Source: Octopus sinensis
Taxonomy: Eukaryota
DNA length: 64,000 nt
Direction of reading: 5' to 3'
Assembly: GCF_006345805.1 (NCBI RefSeq)
Contig: NC_043011.1
Span: 37,150,464 to 37,214,463, forward strand
Below, piece after piece: positions 13,431 through 27,296 of the stretch (position 1 is its first letter; every line of letters begins with the position of its first letter). Under the pieces are notes generated by a model that was given only the letters and a program-made list of their open reading frames with translations, did no database searches and had not been told where the DNA came from. The translations under genes were made by a program, and so were the position numbers.

Positions 13431-13980
13431 TGAGTGAGAGAGCAGCATGCCCAATGAAAGTGATACTGGAGTACAAATATATGAAACCCAGTATACTCAT
13501 CATGATTACCTGCCTCATAACGGTATATTGGGCATATGTGTCACAAACATATGTGTGCGACATGGTGACCTCATATAGAAATGAGGAGTGAATGATCTTG
13601 CAGGTGGGGCCTAGTTAGAGACATCTTCAGGTCAAGTAGCCCATCCCGCTATAAAGATCCCCGAATAAATGCTTTATAAAGAAGATAAAGGAAACACTTG
13701 TTATTCCAGTGGTGAATTATTCAAAGCCCAAGGAATTCATCTCAATACATGGTTTTGATGCTACCCTTGCTCATGATTAGAGATGCACATATCGTCAGCC
13801 ACTAAGGGACATGATCAACTGATTAAGGCCAAACTACTGAAAAGCAAATCTTTGGTATTGTGCAGCATATTTGCAAGAGCACATATTTTTTCGACAAGAG
13901 AAAACATGTACATGAGAAAGCTTCTAATCACTCAAGAGCAGAAGTCATGAGATCCACTGCCTGGTACTGCACGAGGCCAT
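13431..13980 (-). mobile_element. ~550-bp (TAA)n-embedded non-autonomous element (copy 1)
   Basis: Homologous to 14072-14536 and 57292-57848. All copies start tgagtgagaga on the + strand directly after (TTA)n. Strand is inferred from the putative TAA tail. Confidence 0.8.
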
Positions 13981-14006
13981 TATCATCATCATCATCATCA
14001 TCATCA

Positions 14007-14063
<57 letters not shown>

Positions 14064-14071
14064 TATTATTT

Positions 14072-14536
14072 TGAGTGAGAGAGCAGTGCATGCCATCAAA
14101 GTGACACTGGGGTGAAATATACGAAGCGCAGTATACATATCATGGCTATCCATCTGATAAGGATACACCAGGCACATACATCATAACCATATGTGTGCGA
14201 CATGGTGATCTCACATCAAGATAAACAGCGCATGACCTTGCAGGTGGGGCCCAGTTAGAATTTTCTTCTGGTCGAGTAACCCATGCCACTCAAAAGGTCC
14301 TTGAATAAGGATTGTTTCAGATTGTTGAACGAACCACCCATGTTTCCAAAGGTGAAATATCCAAACCTCCAAGAATTCAGTCTGATGCCCCCCCACTACT
14401 TCTGCTCGTGGTCAGAGATGCACATATCGTCAGCCACTATGGGACATGCTCAACTGGTTATGGTCAAACAACTGAGAAGCAAATTTGTGTTATTGATGAG
14501 AATATTTGCTGTAGCCCATTTTTTTATAAGCAAAAC
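14072..14536 (-). mobile_element. ~550-bp (TAA)n-embedded element (copy 2, truncated)
   Basis: Homology to copies 1 and 3. Flanked by (TTA)n on both sides. Confidence 0.8.
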
Positions 14537-14562
14537 ATTATTATTATTATTATTATTATTAC

Positions 14563-14594
<32 letters not shown>

Positions 14595-14679
14595 TATTAT
14601 TATTATTATTATTATTATTAGTAGTAGTAGTAGTAGTAGTAGTAGTCGTAGTAGTAGTAGTAGTATCATTATTATTATT

Positions 14680-15016
14680 GCCGTTGCACAGCTTGTAACA
14701 CTGGAGATGTACTGCCATGTCAGTTGATGACTACCAGTGAACTAAGGTAACACTTCTTATTTTTCTAGCACCTTCCGGAGTATTCGAGCGGTTCCAAGCA
14801 GTGCTGTTTTCTTCAAATATTCCACCATTATTGCAACCCCTATTTGCTCCATGTACGTCTCGAGATTTTTACTCACTGTCCCCGGGCTCCGACAGTTATC
14901 GGTACCACTACCACGTTTTTCATTGACCACAACTGCTTTACCTCCCAAGCTAACCTATCATACCTATCGACATTTCTCTCTTCCTTATCGCATACCTTGC
15001 TGTCAGCTGGGCATGC
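14680..15016 (-). mobile_element. Second R4/Dong-like retrotransposon 3' end
   Basis: ACPADSKVCDKEERNVDRYDRLAWEVKQLWSMKNVVVVPITVGA/GTVSKNLETYMEQIGVAIMVEYLKKTALLGTARILRKVLEK* (one frameshift). Short 3'UTR then (TAA)n. Confidence 0.8.
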
Positions 15017-15028
15017 TATTATTATTAC

Positions 15029-15063
<35 letters not shown>

Positions 15064-15254
15064 TTATTATTTTATTATTATCATTAATTTAGCAGAATTC
15101 TAAGCAGGTCAAGCAAAATGCACAGCGGGATTTCGCCCGTCGCTACGTTCTGAGTTCAAATTCCGCTGAGGTCGATTTTGCCTTTCATCCTTCCGGGTAG
15201 ATAAATTAAGTACCAGCGAAACACTGGCGTAATCGACTAGTCCCCTTCCACCAA

Positions 15255-15303
<49 letters not shown>

Positions 15304-15386
15304 GGTGTTGTTGTTGTTGTTGTCGTCGTCGTCGGTACACTCGTGACAATGTTGTTCACATTGACGATGGTTTTGCGGAAAATGAA

Positions 15387-15444
<58 letters not shown>

Positions 15445-16708
15445 TTAATGGTCAGCATGAGAATATTGATGTTCATATTTATAAAGAGGTCGAAAATAAC
15501 AACACAAACAGTCAAGTGATATTAATAGTCGTAATAATAGCAGTTCATAAACATTTAATATTACTACAAATAATAAAGAATTCAAAACTACAAAATAACA
15601 AAAAGTCCAAACATATCCAACAAAATTTAGAAAATAATGTATTAAAAAAATCCATTATTAAAAGTTTAATTACTTCAACTTAGATAATTATTTTTCCTAA
15701 AACTATTTTACTGATCGAAAAACTAAATCGTAAACGAAGCCAAAAAGCTTAAAAAATACTGCTTATTTAAAAAAAAAGGATGTAAAAATCAATATATTTC
15801 GTCAAAATACGAATTGAGAATCTTTAAATAAAGTTAGATTTTACTTCATTTTGTTGATAAATCATTCTATTTTGATATCAACACAAATTACTATTTCTAA
15901 TTGGGATCAAACTTGTGGCTTCTGGCTAACCATATGCCCATGACACTCAACTGCAGTTATTTACGTCGTAAAGAAATGAAAACTATAAACGAAATATAAT
16001 TATAAAGTAAAATGAGTAGCCACAGAAATACACAAACACCAACACCACAAAAATATTGACTTAAAGACATACACACGCCTTTCCCCCAAGGCTTATCCAA
16101 TCAGATTTTACTGATCTCTTTGTTGGTGTAACAGCTATCGTTGTTGATTTTGTGTAGCGGTAAATCAAAATTGGTCAAGCAAAACGAACATTTAAGTGTG
16201 TTCAATCCTTGACTATCACGTTTGTCTTTGCATAATAAATGCAAACGTGGTATGGAGTGATATATATATGTAAGATATCTACGCTGATGATATTTAGTAT
16301 GTCCTCCTATTTGTAAGATGTTTTGTGTGATTTGAGAGAAATATCCTTGCCATGCCAAGCAACACTAGCAAATATGCATGCCCTCCTATTTCAATTCAGT
16401 GTTAATATTCTCCTTGTTGCTCATATTATTGTTGTTGTTTGTTGTATTTAAATCTAGGCATGATGGTGTTGTTGTAATCATTATTAATGCTGTTGTTATT
16501 GCTTCATTCCTGGAAACTTTGATTAAATCTATTTACAGTGTTGAGTAGCTTCATACGTAATAATTAAGCTTAATTAGAATGAAGCAAAGTAGATCGCTGG
16601 ACGTGTGTCCAACCGGTTGTACATAGGCCTCCAACAATTTATACTACGTTATTCAATGTAGATATTCATACAGCCATCTACTACACAGGACCCATAAGTT
16701 TTTGAAGA

Positions 16709-16793
<85 letters not shown>

Positions 16794-16802
16794 GTTTGTC
16801 TG

Positions 16803-16858
<56 letters not shown>

Positions 16859-17069
16859 CCGTATATCATGATACTGTGATACACGATCCCTATTGATCGT
16901 TATTTTTCCTCTTCCCCTTTTTTCCTCTTTTTTCTTTTTTCTTTTTTCCCTTTTACGATCCCTTTTGATCGAAAAACCATGCCACTTTTTTTTCTCATCT
17001 CCCAAAAGAAAAGCTCTACAGAGTAATTTGTCCCATCTGTGTGCAGCCCTGTGTGGCCAATAAAGAAAC

Positions 17070-17160
<91 letters not shown>

Positions 17161-17368
17161 CCTATCTATCTATCTATCTATCTATATATCTATCTATCTA
17201 TCTATATATATATATATATTATATTATATCATATTATATTATATTATATTGTATTATATTATATTATATTATATTATATCATATTATATTAAGGACATTA
17301 TTACACGTAAATGCCTTACGCTATTTCATATATATGTATATATATAAACATATACATATTGCAGATAA

Positions 17369-17413
<45 letters not shown>

Positions 17414-17679
17414 CATATAGCCAGGGAGGTAGGTAGGCAGGTAGGTAGGTAGGTAGGCAGGCAGGTACGTAGGTAGGTAGGTAGGCAGGCAGACAGGTAG
17501 GTAGGTAAGTAGGTAGGTAGGCAGACAGACAGACACACAGGTGGTGTGTTGGTAGGTAGGCGGGTGGGTAGGTATATAGATAGATGATGGATGGATAGAT
17601 AGATACGACGTATATCTTGCTTATGCTAATTGCTTCAGGTGCCTGAGTAGCCGGGAGCATAGATGCTATATCCGTCCAT

Positions 17680-17860
17680 TCAAGTTGATTCGATAGTACA
17701 ACTTGGCTTTGACATAGTACGAGAAAAGTAGCAGCACCAGCATGAGTCTGATACTAATCTTCCGCAGAACCGAACAACTTTATATGAAGCACCCGGTCCG
17801 TGAATTGTGTCAATGATTCTCCAATCGTAAAACGAATACCTTCATCATTAGGTTATATTC
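17680..17860 (-). mobile_element. Possible piggyBac transposase remnant
   Basis: FTIGESLTQFTDR ... KISIRLML..(A)AT..YYVKAKLY resembles the piggyBac IDE...F.GR...K.GI...D..T.Y.....Y motif. Heavily decayed. Confidence 0.35.
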
Positions 17861-18068
17861 CTCAACACTGAAGATTCAGTTAACTTGTTTTGAATTTGTA
17901 GGTGAAAGCAACAACCTTCAGATCGTGAAAAAAAAAAGTCATCTCCGCCACTATCATTTGGGCATTCACAATGTAGACACAGAGAAGAAGTAATGAATAA
18001 ACAATCCAATCGGTTAAAACAACATTCCCAAATTATCAAAAATATAAATATATTCTCTTTTTTTTTCT

Positions 18069-18433
18069 TTTTACTTGTTTCAGTCATTTGACTGCGGCCA
18101 TGCTGGAGCACCACGTTTAGTCGAGCTAATCGACCTCAGGACTTATTTTTTTGTAAGTCTAGTACTTATTCTATCGGTCTCCTTTGCCGAACCGCTAAGT
18201 TACGGACTAAACACACCAGCATCGGTTGTCAAGCGATGTTGGGGGGACAAACACAGACACACAAACATATACACAGACATACATATAAATATATACATAT
18301 ATACGACAGGCTTCTTTCAGTTTCCGTCTACGAAATCCACTCACAAGGGTTTAGTCGGCCCGAGGCTATAGTAAATGACACTTGCCCAAGATGCCACGCA
18401 GTGGGGATGAACCCGGAACCACGTGGTTGGTAA
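18069..18433 (-). mobile_element. CORE-type SINE family B
   Basis: Reverse complement of the 11173-11587 family. Confidence 0.8.
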
Positions 18434-18598
18434 CCAACAGTATAAAATATACACATACAAACGAATGAAAGGTGACAAAACCTAAAAGAGTAATACGAGT
18501 GAAGTTGAATGAAGAAAAGTATATATAGAATAAATATATAAATATATAAGGGTGTATTTATGAAGATTAGAGGGGAAAGGTGTGTGGTGAGGTTCTAA

Positions 18599-19624
18599 TT
18601 ATTTGTATTTTGAGAAAAGATTTAGTGACCGATGTTTACAGTTGAATATCATACTGCTGCGTTCATTAAGACAATCCGTGGATTGTAGAATAGCTAAGAC
18701 CTCGGCTATACAGTGACCACACTTGTTATTATAGCTGCTGTAAGGTTTGGCGTGGGTGACTATGCACCACTTGAGAGTGTAAAGAGTTGAATCAAGCGTT
18801 AGTTTAATGATCAGTTGAGATAACGAAGAACTGTTGGATTTTGTTTGGGATTTGAAACTGTAGTGGTTGTTCACTCCAGCTTTGATGGTGGTACTACATG
18901 AGCCGATATAAACGCAGTTACAGTTGGCAGTTGATGCTGAGCAATTTGTGAGTTAGTGCTTATCCGAAGGACAGGAGACTGAGCGTCTGAAATTACATAG
19001 GTTAGTACAGGATGTTACGGTTGATATTGTTAAAGGATTGCTATTTAATGAGGAGTCGTTGTTAGCTTAGTTCTTATTACTGGTGTTCAGATTAGTATTT
19101 GCTAAGGAGTTGAGGGTGTGTTGTGGAGTTGTATATTGTGATAGTTATTATGGCCTCTTTGTTCTCTATTTTCCCAGAGAGTATAGTTGGGCATTGTAGC
19201 AAATTTAAGGATCTGGTGTTAGCAGTGGAATTATAGTTGGAGTTATGAGGATTGATGTTGCTAAGGGGGTCAACTGGTGTTTTGGTTTTATACGTATGGA
19301 GCTGAGAGTAATATTGAGTTAATTTATTATGTTGGATGTTATCTAGTTTGGGATTTCTGAGTATCTTGTTGATAAGATGTCGGACAACTCCGGCAATGTT
19401 GGAGGTGGTGGAGGAGGCCGAAGGTTGAATTGTTTTTCTAAGGGATCTGGATTTAGGGAAATGTTTTTCGAGTAGAGCGAAGAAGAGTTTCGGTACTCGA
19501 GTTTGAACAATTTAAGTGCGAAGGGTCGGTGGAACCTGATAACATCTCAGGTTCTTGTTCATTAAATCCGATTCAGTGTGCTAACTGGGTAAAGATAGGA
19601 TTTTGGAGGGGCATGCTGTTGTTT

Positions 19625-19625
<1 letters not shown>
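18599..19625 (-). mobile_element. Penelope-like element (Neptune-type) remnant: RT C-terminus, linker and GIY-YIG endonuclease
   Basis: FFALLEKHFPKS; CNFRRSVSCP; VYIGSCSTTIKAGVNNHYSFKSQTKSNSSSLSQLI...LKWCIVTHAKPY...CGHCIAEVLAIL...LNERSSMIFNCKH. Stops and frameshifts present. The 5' end abuts (TA)n. Confidence 0.8.
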
Positions 19626-19698
<73 letters not shown>

Positions 19699-19720
19699 TA
19701 TATGAACATACACATATATG

Positions 19721-19920
19721 TTCCTTTATTACCCACAAGGGGCTAAATATAGAGGGGACAAGCAGGACAGACAAACGGATTAAGTCGATTACTTTATTTA
19801 TTGACCCCGAAACGATGAAAGAGAAAGTCGACCTCAGCGGGATTTGAACTCAGAACGTAACGGCAGACGAAATACGGCTACGCATTTCGCCCGGCGTGCT
19901 AACGATTCTGCCAGCCCGCC
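19721..19920 (-). mobile_element. SINE family A monomer
   Basis: Same consensus as 2650-3061. Confidence 0.8.
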
Positions 19921-19981
19921 GACTTCACACACACAATAACACACACACACAACACACACACACACACACATATATACATAT

Positions 19982-20048
<67 letters not shown>

Positions 20049-21187
20049 AAGAGAGAGGTTATATATGTGTGTGTGTGTATAGTAAGGTTAATATAATGTT
20101 GGCATTTCGAGATCAAATCCCACGAACGTCGACTTTGCTTTCATCCTTTCGTGACTATCGAAATTGATTGAATAAGTACCCGTGGAACACTAGGATCGAT
20201 GTGGTCGACATGACCGCCATCCGTCTGCGAACTTGCTGCTCTTATTCTAAAATTTAAAACCTGTGTTAATATAATATAATGTAGTTCTCAGTATGTAATG
20301 ATATGCAAGACGTAAATGGTGAATAAACAGTTTCTACGAATATTTAAGATAGACGCAAAACCGGTATATGAACAAACATCTGGCGTAGTAAAGTCTGTAT
20401 CTTTTTGTTTGAAGCTATGTTGCTTAATATTTCGGTTTAGAGTTTAACTGCCACTCATAAAAAAACATTCGATTTAAGACATGTCTTCTGGCGGACTAAT
20501 TTTTTCTTGTAATAAGGTGGAAAGCTGACAAAATTGCTAACAAGCTCTGTGTGTGTATGTGTGTGTACGTGTATGTGTGTGTGTGTGTGTGTATTTTTGT
20601 AAAGCAGGTGCTTTCATTCGGGAAGCACTTGATCCTTGTGGGTCGAATGAACTGGTCACATTTCTAAAAGTACACAAACTATTTTCAAATATTTCTTTAT
20701 ATACAATTTCTTTATATTATTCAATTGTAAAAATAAAGTATTTTTGTATATTTTAAACATCGAATGGCTAAAGATTCCATCCGATTAAAATGTGATTTAA
20801 AAGGGGCCATTTGCAAAGAGTGATCGACAACAATATAAAGACAACAATATAAGACAATAATATAAAGATACAAATTTCGTATCATTTCTATTAATTCTGT
20901 TCCTCAAGTATTTGTTTTGTTTCTCGTCTACAAAACTCTAACTCGAAATGTTAATTAGCATTCTGTTCCTTTTATAAGCAGATACATTTTACATTACACA
21001 CTTGTTCAGATTCTTTGTTGCTTAGTTTCGTATCTCTTAGCTTTTTTCCACTTCAGGTTTTATTTGTCAAACTTGCTTTATAGGTGATTTGTTTTTCTTC
21101 TGATCACCTCATTAGCTTCATTATTTCACACCTGCCTTTTTGCAACAATCTCTATATCACACTGTTGTCTCTACCTCTGTCTAGATG

Positions 21188-21229
<42 letters not shown>

Positions 21230-21369
21230 ATCTATCTATCTATCATTCAATTTATCTGCCTACTTATCTGTCTATATCTATCTCTCTGTCTATGTAGCTA
21301 CCTGTCTCTGCCTGTATCTATCTATATATCTATCTATCTATCCATCATCTATCTATCTATCTATCTATC

Positions 21370-21430
<61 letters not shown>

Positions 21431-21435
21431 ATATA

Positions 21436-21483
<48 letters not shown>

Positions 21484-22280
21484 ATATTTCTATCTATCTA
21501 TCAATCAATCAATCTATCCATCTATTTATCTATTCAATTTATGTCTATTTATCTCTGTCTATATCTATCTCTCTGTCTATCTAGCTTTTATGTTATCTAG
21601 AGGAGAGAGAAGAGAAGAGGAGAAGTAGTAATAGAAGAAGAAGAAGAAGAAGAAGAAGAAAAAGAAGTAGTAATAGTAGTAGTAGTAAAAGATGAAGAAG
21701 AAGAAGAAGAAGAAGAAGAAGAATAGGAAGGAGAGGAAGGAGGAGGTCTCAGCGAAAAATATGTCATGAAAAAATTACAGCAACAACGATGCTATCAACT
21801 GATATGAATTTTAATGTCCAAAATACAGAGAACGACAATATTAACTTCATAAAAAAAACAAAAAAAAACAGTTTGAAAAGTTTTGTATTAATATATTCAT
21901 ACAAAACAACTACTTTGAAAAAAATATATATATAATATTTCATTCTGTTTTAGTTACTGGCTTGCTTTTGTTTAATTTTTGTGTGTCAAAATCCGGACAA
22001 GAGCAACGTTAAAAAAAAATATCTGCTTGCTTCTGGCAACATATAGAAGTTTAATAATAATAATTTTTATTTACGTTTCGTTTTGTGCTTTTTTTTTTCT
22101 TTTTGCCATCCATATACCCGACATCTTCAAAAAATATTTTGTATATGTCTTTTCTTCGTCTGTGTGTGTGTGTGTGTATGTGTGCATGAATGTGTGTGCA
22201 CGCGGGCGCGCGTGTACTTTTCATTGTTTTGCATCTATATTTGTCATATACAGAAATGGCTTATGGCCAAATTACTACTA

Positions 22281-22321
<41 letters not shown>

Positions 22322-22560
22322 ACTACTCTATCTCGTCATACATTTCGAAGTATTTTTTTAAGCATAATGTAACGTAATATTATAAATTTTGGTTGTCATT
22401 CTTCATTAATATTATAAAGTTATACATTTTAGATTTTTCTCGTTTTTTTTGCTTTTTATTATTGATTTGCAATAAGATTTAGTATTATAATAAATATATA
22501 AAGGACGCCTTCCAGCCATTCACACACACACACACATGTATATACATACACAAGTACATA

Positions 22561-22602
<42 letters not shown>

Positions 22603-22645
22603 CCTGATTACTATATATATATATGTGTATATATATGTATGTATG

Positions 22646-22706
<61 letters not shown>

Positions 22707-22730
22707 CTGTATATAAATATATATATATAT

Positions 22731-22828
<98 letters not shown>

Positions 22829-23107
22829 ATATACACAACATACACATATGTATATATGTTGTATGCATGTGTGTATGGGGGTCTGTGGTATGTATGTGTG
22901 TGTTCTTGGACATTAATACATTTGTTAATGAAAATTTAGACATATGCCAATTTAACTTCGCGATAGAAGGTGTAGAATCAGTTATATAGTATGCAGTTCG
23001 CACGTTACTAAAAGAAAACCATGTTCTGTGCTGAAGTACATTCTGTTAATCGTTTATTCCATTACTGTAGGTTGTTGCAGTTTATTTGCCACAAGTAACC
23101 CTGATGC

Positions 23108-23420
23108 TGGAGGCACATGGCCTAGTGTTTAGAGCAGCGGACTCGCAGTCGATGGATCGCGGGTACGAATCTCAGACAAGGCGATGTGTTTTTATGAGCG
23201 AAACACATAAGCCCAACGCGGCTCCGGCAGAAGGTGATGCCGAAACTCTGCTGACACTTTCGCAATAGCTTTTACTTGCTCTTCCCTCCTGCATCAAGCA
23301 GATCACCTGCGACGGACCGGCGTCCTGTCCAGTTGTCCCTATACGCAAATGAAACCCAGAAAGGGGCCCTTATGAGCCAGGCATGGCTCGAGAAGGAGCA
23401 AACAACAACAACGACAACCC
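23108..23420 (+). mobile_element. tRNA(Arg)-like SINE with (ACA)n tail
   Basis: ggaggcacatggcctagtgtttagagcagcggactcgcagtc (TCG anticodon-like loop) ...gggtacgaatctc. Tail aacaacaacaac. Confidence 0.7.
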
Positions 23421-23533
23421 TGATGCGGGTGATACGATCACATACGCCCCAGATGTGGCTGTCATGTCTCTATTTTAAATTAATTTATGTAGATTTACGT
23501 ATCTTATTTAAGAAGCTTGTCGCTGTGTTAGGG

Positions 23534-23746
23534 CATTGATTCCCAACCTGGGATCCACGGGACCCTAGTGGTCCGCAAATATAGTACTGGATGTCCGTAA
23601 AGTGAATTCAAAATTTCATATATAATATATATAATATATATACAATATATATATATATAATATAATATATTATTTATATATAAATACTATACTTGTTCCA
23701 CGTCTTCGCGTTGTTGTGTTTTCTCTTTGTGTTTTCATGTTTGGAT

Positions 23747-23787
<41 letters not shown>

Positions 23788-23926
23788 CTATATATATATA
23801 TATATATATATATTATGGGCAGGGATATTAAAATGGTTCGTGAGAAAACTTATTTAAATAAAAGAGTTGGGAACTATCGCTGGGAACCACCGTTGGCAAT
23901 CACTATGAAAAGGTTGGGAACCACTG
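23534..23926. mobile_element. hAT/Charlie-like MITE with nested (TA)n element fragment
   Basis: TIRs cattgattcccaacct / aggttgggaaccactg. No matching 8-bp TSD seen. Confidence 0.5.
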
Positions 23927-24744
23927 TATTATTGTATGAAGATGTAATGTCAAGAAGGTTTAGCTGCTTTTTCTCTAACAAAAAAAAATATTATAATCAA
24001 AAGAATATGTTCACTGTCCATTCTTAATGCCGGGAATATTCAACATCCTTTCTAGAGTGGAACATGGCCTGAAAGTTTGGGGAATGTGCTAGTTGATTGC
24101 ATTGACCCCAGAGCTCAACTGGTATACATTTTATTGACTCTGAAAGGATGAAAGGTATAGTCAATCACAACGGAAATTGAACTCGGAAGGTAAAACCCAG
24201 AAGAAATGCCACAAAGAATTTTGTCCGGTGTCCAAGCAATTTTGCCTGCTTTCCGTCTTTCCATGATATATAGAATGACAAAATAAAGTAAAATGTTAGA
24301 GATGTTTTTCTATTTTCATTAAAGCCATCTTCAAGGACACGTTTCATTTATATGGACGCGTAAATCATTTTATCAGCTTTCGGTAAGATTGCTCTGGGAA
24401 TAATGTTAAATTAGACAATGAAGAAATGTATCCAAACAGCACAAGTTATTCTATCCAATTATTTTGCCAAGTCAGCATTTTATATTAAATTTATTAAATC
24501 GCCGCCTGTTGTGAACTGCCACTACTCAACATTGGAATTATAAAAGAGGAAATACACAACTTGAACTCGATACTTCATTCAGTTTAAATAGCAAAACTAT
24601 ACAAGAAAATAGAACTACAATTAGTTTTGGTTTAATCTATCAAAATTTAATGACAAGAAAACAAAGAAACAGATAAAGAACAATGGTGGGGGATTAAGTA
24701 GCTGAATATGGAGGAGGAGACAGCAACGGCCTACACATCCTTGA

Positions 24745-26045
24745 ATAAATGGCGTGTCCAGCTGCTCCCCGCAACCATGACTTCAATGGAAGGTGTTTCC
24801 ATGAGGAACGGCCAGATGCACTTGCTGCAGCAGTCACCCAATCTTATCGACCTCATTTTTCAGACGGGCCACAGTTAATCCAATTTTATGTAGGGAATCA
24901 GCAATGCGGGGTCCGAGAGCACCTGAGATCTCAATGAGAGTTAGACTCATGTATTAAATTTTATTTCTCCTCTGCGGTGAAATCTGGGTTTGCAGACGCT
25001 GCAGAAACTTTGGAACCGGAGAATAAGTCGCTGAACATCGCGTCCCAAATTAGGGAGCGGCTTCCCTCGTATCAGAAGTGGGTTATTCTGTCGACGCGCT
25101 TACCGTCCCCGTGGTCAAAACCTACTGGTTCCATTTAAGAAGCGAAGCCAGCCATGTTGAAACCCCTTTTAATTACGTCATTCAGAGTGGCTTGTCGGGT
25201 GAACCGACCGGCGCCGTGGCTGGAGGACAATGGATGCTGGTCGAATTGATCGACTACCGTTCCGCAACGGCATTTGTGTGACTAACGCATGCGGGGACTG
25301 AGATACGGGGCCACTCCCATACGAATATTCTCATCATCTCGAAGGACACCGATGGATGAGGTGGCCACCGAAGTGGAACAGAGGCAGGCGAGGCGCTGCT
25401 GGTTCAAAAATGTGTCAGTCCAACCAAATGTAAACTTACATCTGGTATCGTCCCAATTACGTCGAGCATCTCTATTCTGGGGAACGACAAGGCCTTCAAG
25501 GAGCAAATTGGCTAGGGCTGACACCAGTTCTTGAGCCACATCAGGTTTAGCTATCCCCTGGAATATCACATCGATGAGGGTGCGGCTATGGGAGACCGAC
25601 GTACGATAGACCAGCAGAGCCAGTTCCAAAGTTGAACAGAGGCCCAAGGAAGCGAATTTAACAGGTTTTCTAGCCTGCTGCGAGCCAGCGCTGCCAACTC
25701 TGACATTGCAGATGAGTTCAGGATAAAGCCGTATGATGTAGTCTATATCGCTGAGGCCATCAGTAAGTAGCGACCTTAAGCAATTTCTCAAGAAGGAGGT
25801 TGCCGGGTGCGTATCAATTAGGCACAATGTCTCGATCATCCTGGACAGGACCGCAAGCTTGGTGTCCAGGAACTCTCTTATTGTTTTCAAGAGGATTGGG
25901 GAGCGAAGAATACTGAAGGCTTATCTTGGTGTCTACCGAGCCCCCACAAAAACGTACTGGATGCTGAGTACGGCGTCCTCAACGTAGCTCTCGTATATCA
26001 CAGTCGACTTGCAAGGGCTGGGATAACCTTTCGAAGGTCCCTATC
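24745..26045 (-). mobile_element. CRE-like non-LTR retrotransposon, 5'-truncated and decayed (RT C-terminus, zinc knuckle, REL endonuclease)
   Basis: ORF 25282-25890 (FLRNCL...QQARKPVKFASLGL) continues in frame as HKCRCGTVVDQFDQHPLS...GRFTRQATLNDVIKRG...MEPVGFDHGDGKRVDRIT...SLIWDA, with stops. Forms a GC-rich island in an AT-rich background. Confidence 0.8.
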
Positions 26046-26870
26046 TACAAACTCACTTTGTATAATATTTAAATAATTAGTGATTAAATTATTAACAGCA
26101 CACCTGGTGGCCCTTTTTTTTACCGCAATTGTTTCTGTTTTGTTGCCCCAGATTCATATTTCAGTCATCATGATCATCAGCATCATCATGATCATCATCA
26201 TGATCATCATCATGATCATCATCATAAATGATATTCATCACAGTACCAAACACATACGCATCATCAACAATGACGCCTCTGTAATCTCCATCACCATCAA
26301 TCACATAACACAATCAGTGTACCCAGTGTATGCAGCTTTCCTATCACAACTAGAAAAAATAAAAGACAGCTATCATCAGCTCCAATACTAAGAACAAGAA
26401 CAAGAACAAACAACCATAACAGTTACAGTAAACCCTCCCTGACAGCTATACTGTTACTCATATAGCCACAGCAAGTACATTCAGCAAGCCGTGTAACACC
26501 ATCTCCATAATCGCCCGCCCCAACGAAACCATTGATTATAACCGCAACCATCACCCTAACCACTACAATTACTTCTACAGTTACACCAACATCAGCACCA
26601 ACTATACCGCTTGCATTCAGTCACTATGAGACATGGCGTAGACATTTCTAAATAATCATTGAACCAGTCAAAATTTGCGGCTGCATTTACCTCAAATCAA
26701 ACATCAGTGTATGAGTGAAGGTCACGATAGGCAACGTGGACATTGTTTGCTAGTACGTGGGTAAAAGAAATAACAATTGTGGTTAGACATTCTTCAATCA
26801 TTGATCTGTTGAATCAGAGCTGGATAGGAATTAACAGCAACAAGCAATTAGCATTATAAAGTAGCTATAT

Positions 26871-27286
26871 TTATTTCTTTATTGTCCACAGGGAGCTAAA
26901 CATAGACAGGTCAAACAAAGACAGAGAAAGGGATTAAGTCGATTACATCGACCCCAGTGCGTAAGTGGTACTTATTTAATCGACCCCGAAAGAATGAAAG
27001 GCAAAGTCGACCTCGGCGGAATTTGAACTCAGAACGTAGCGGCAGACGAAATACCTATTTCTTTACTTCTCACAAGGGGCTAAACACAGAGGGGACAAAC
27101 AAGGACAGACACACGGATTAAGTCGATTATATCGACCCCAGTGCGTAACTGGTACTTAATTTATCGACCCAGAAAGAATGAAAGGCAAAGTCGACCTCGG
27201 CGGAATTTGAACTCAGAACGTAACGGCAGACAGAATATGGCTACGCATTTCGCCCGGCGAGCTAACGTTTCTGCCAGCTCGCCGTC
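26871..27286 (-). mobile_element. SINE family A dimer
   Basis: Two near-identical ~180-bp units, with the A-box head at the right end only. Confidence 0.85.
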
Positions 27287-27296
27287 CTATATAATA

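Noticed and set aside
16101-16358. IPRLHL...SQGL resembling the R4-type RLY...GGRGL motif
   Set aside because: Too degenerate to call without a profile search.
26871-27286. Regularly spaced repeats suggestive of a CRISPR array
   Set aside because: Whole ~180-bp units repeat with no unique spacers, there are no cas genes, and the context is a eukaryotic SINE.
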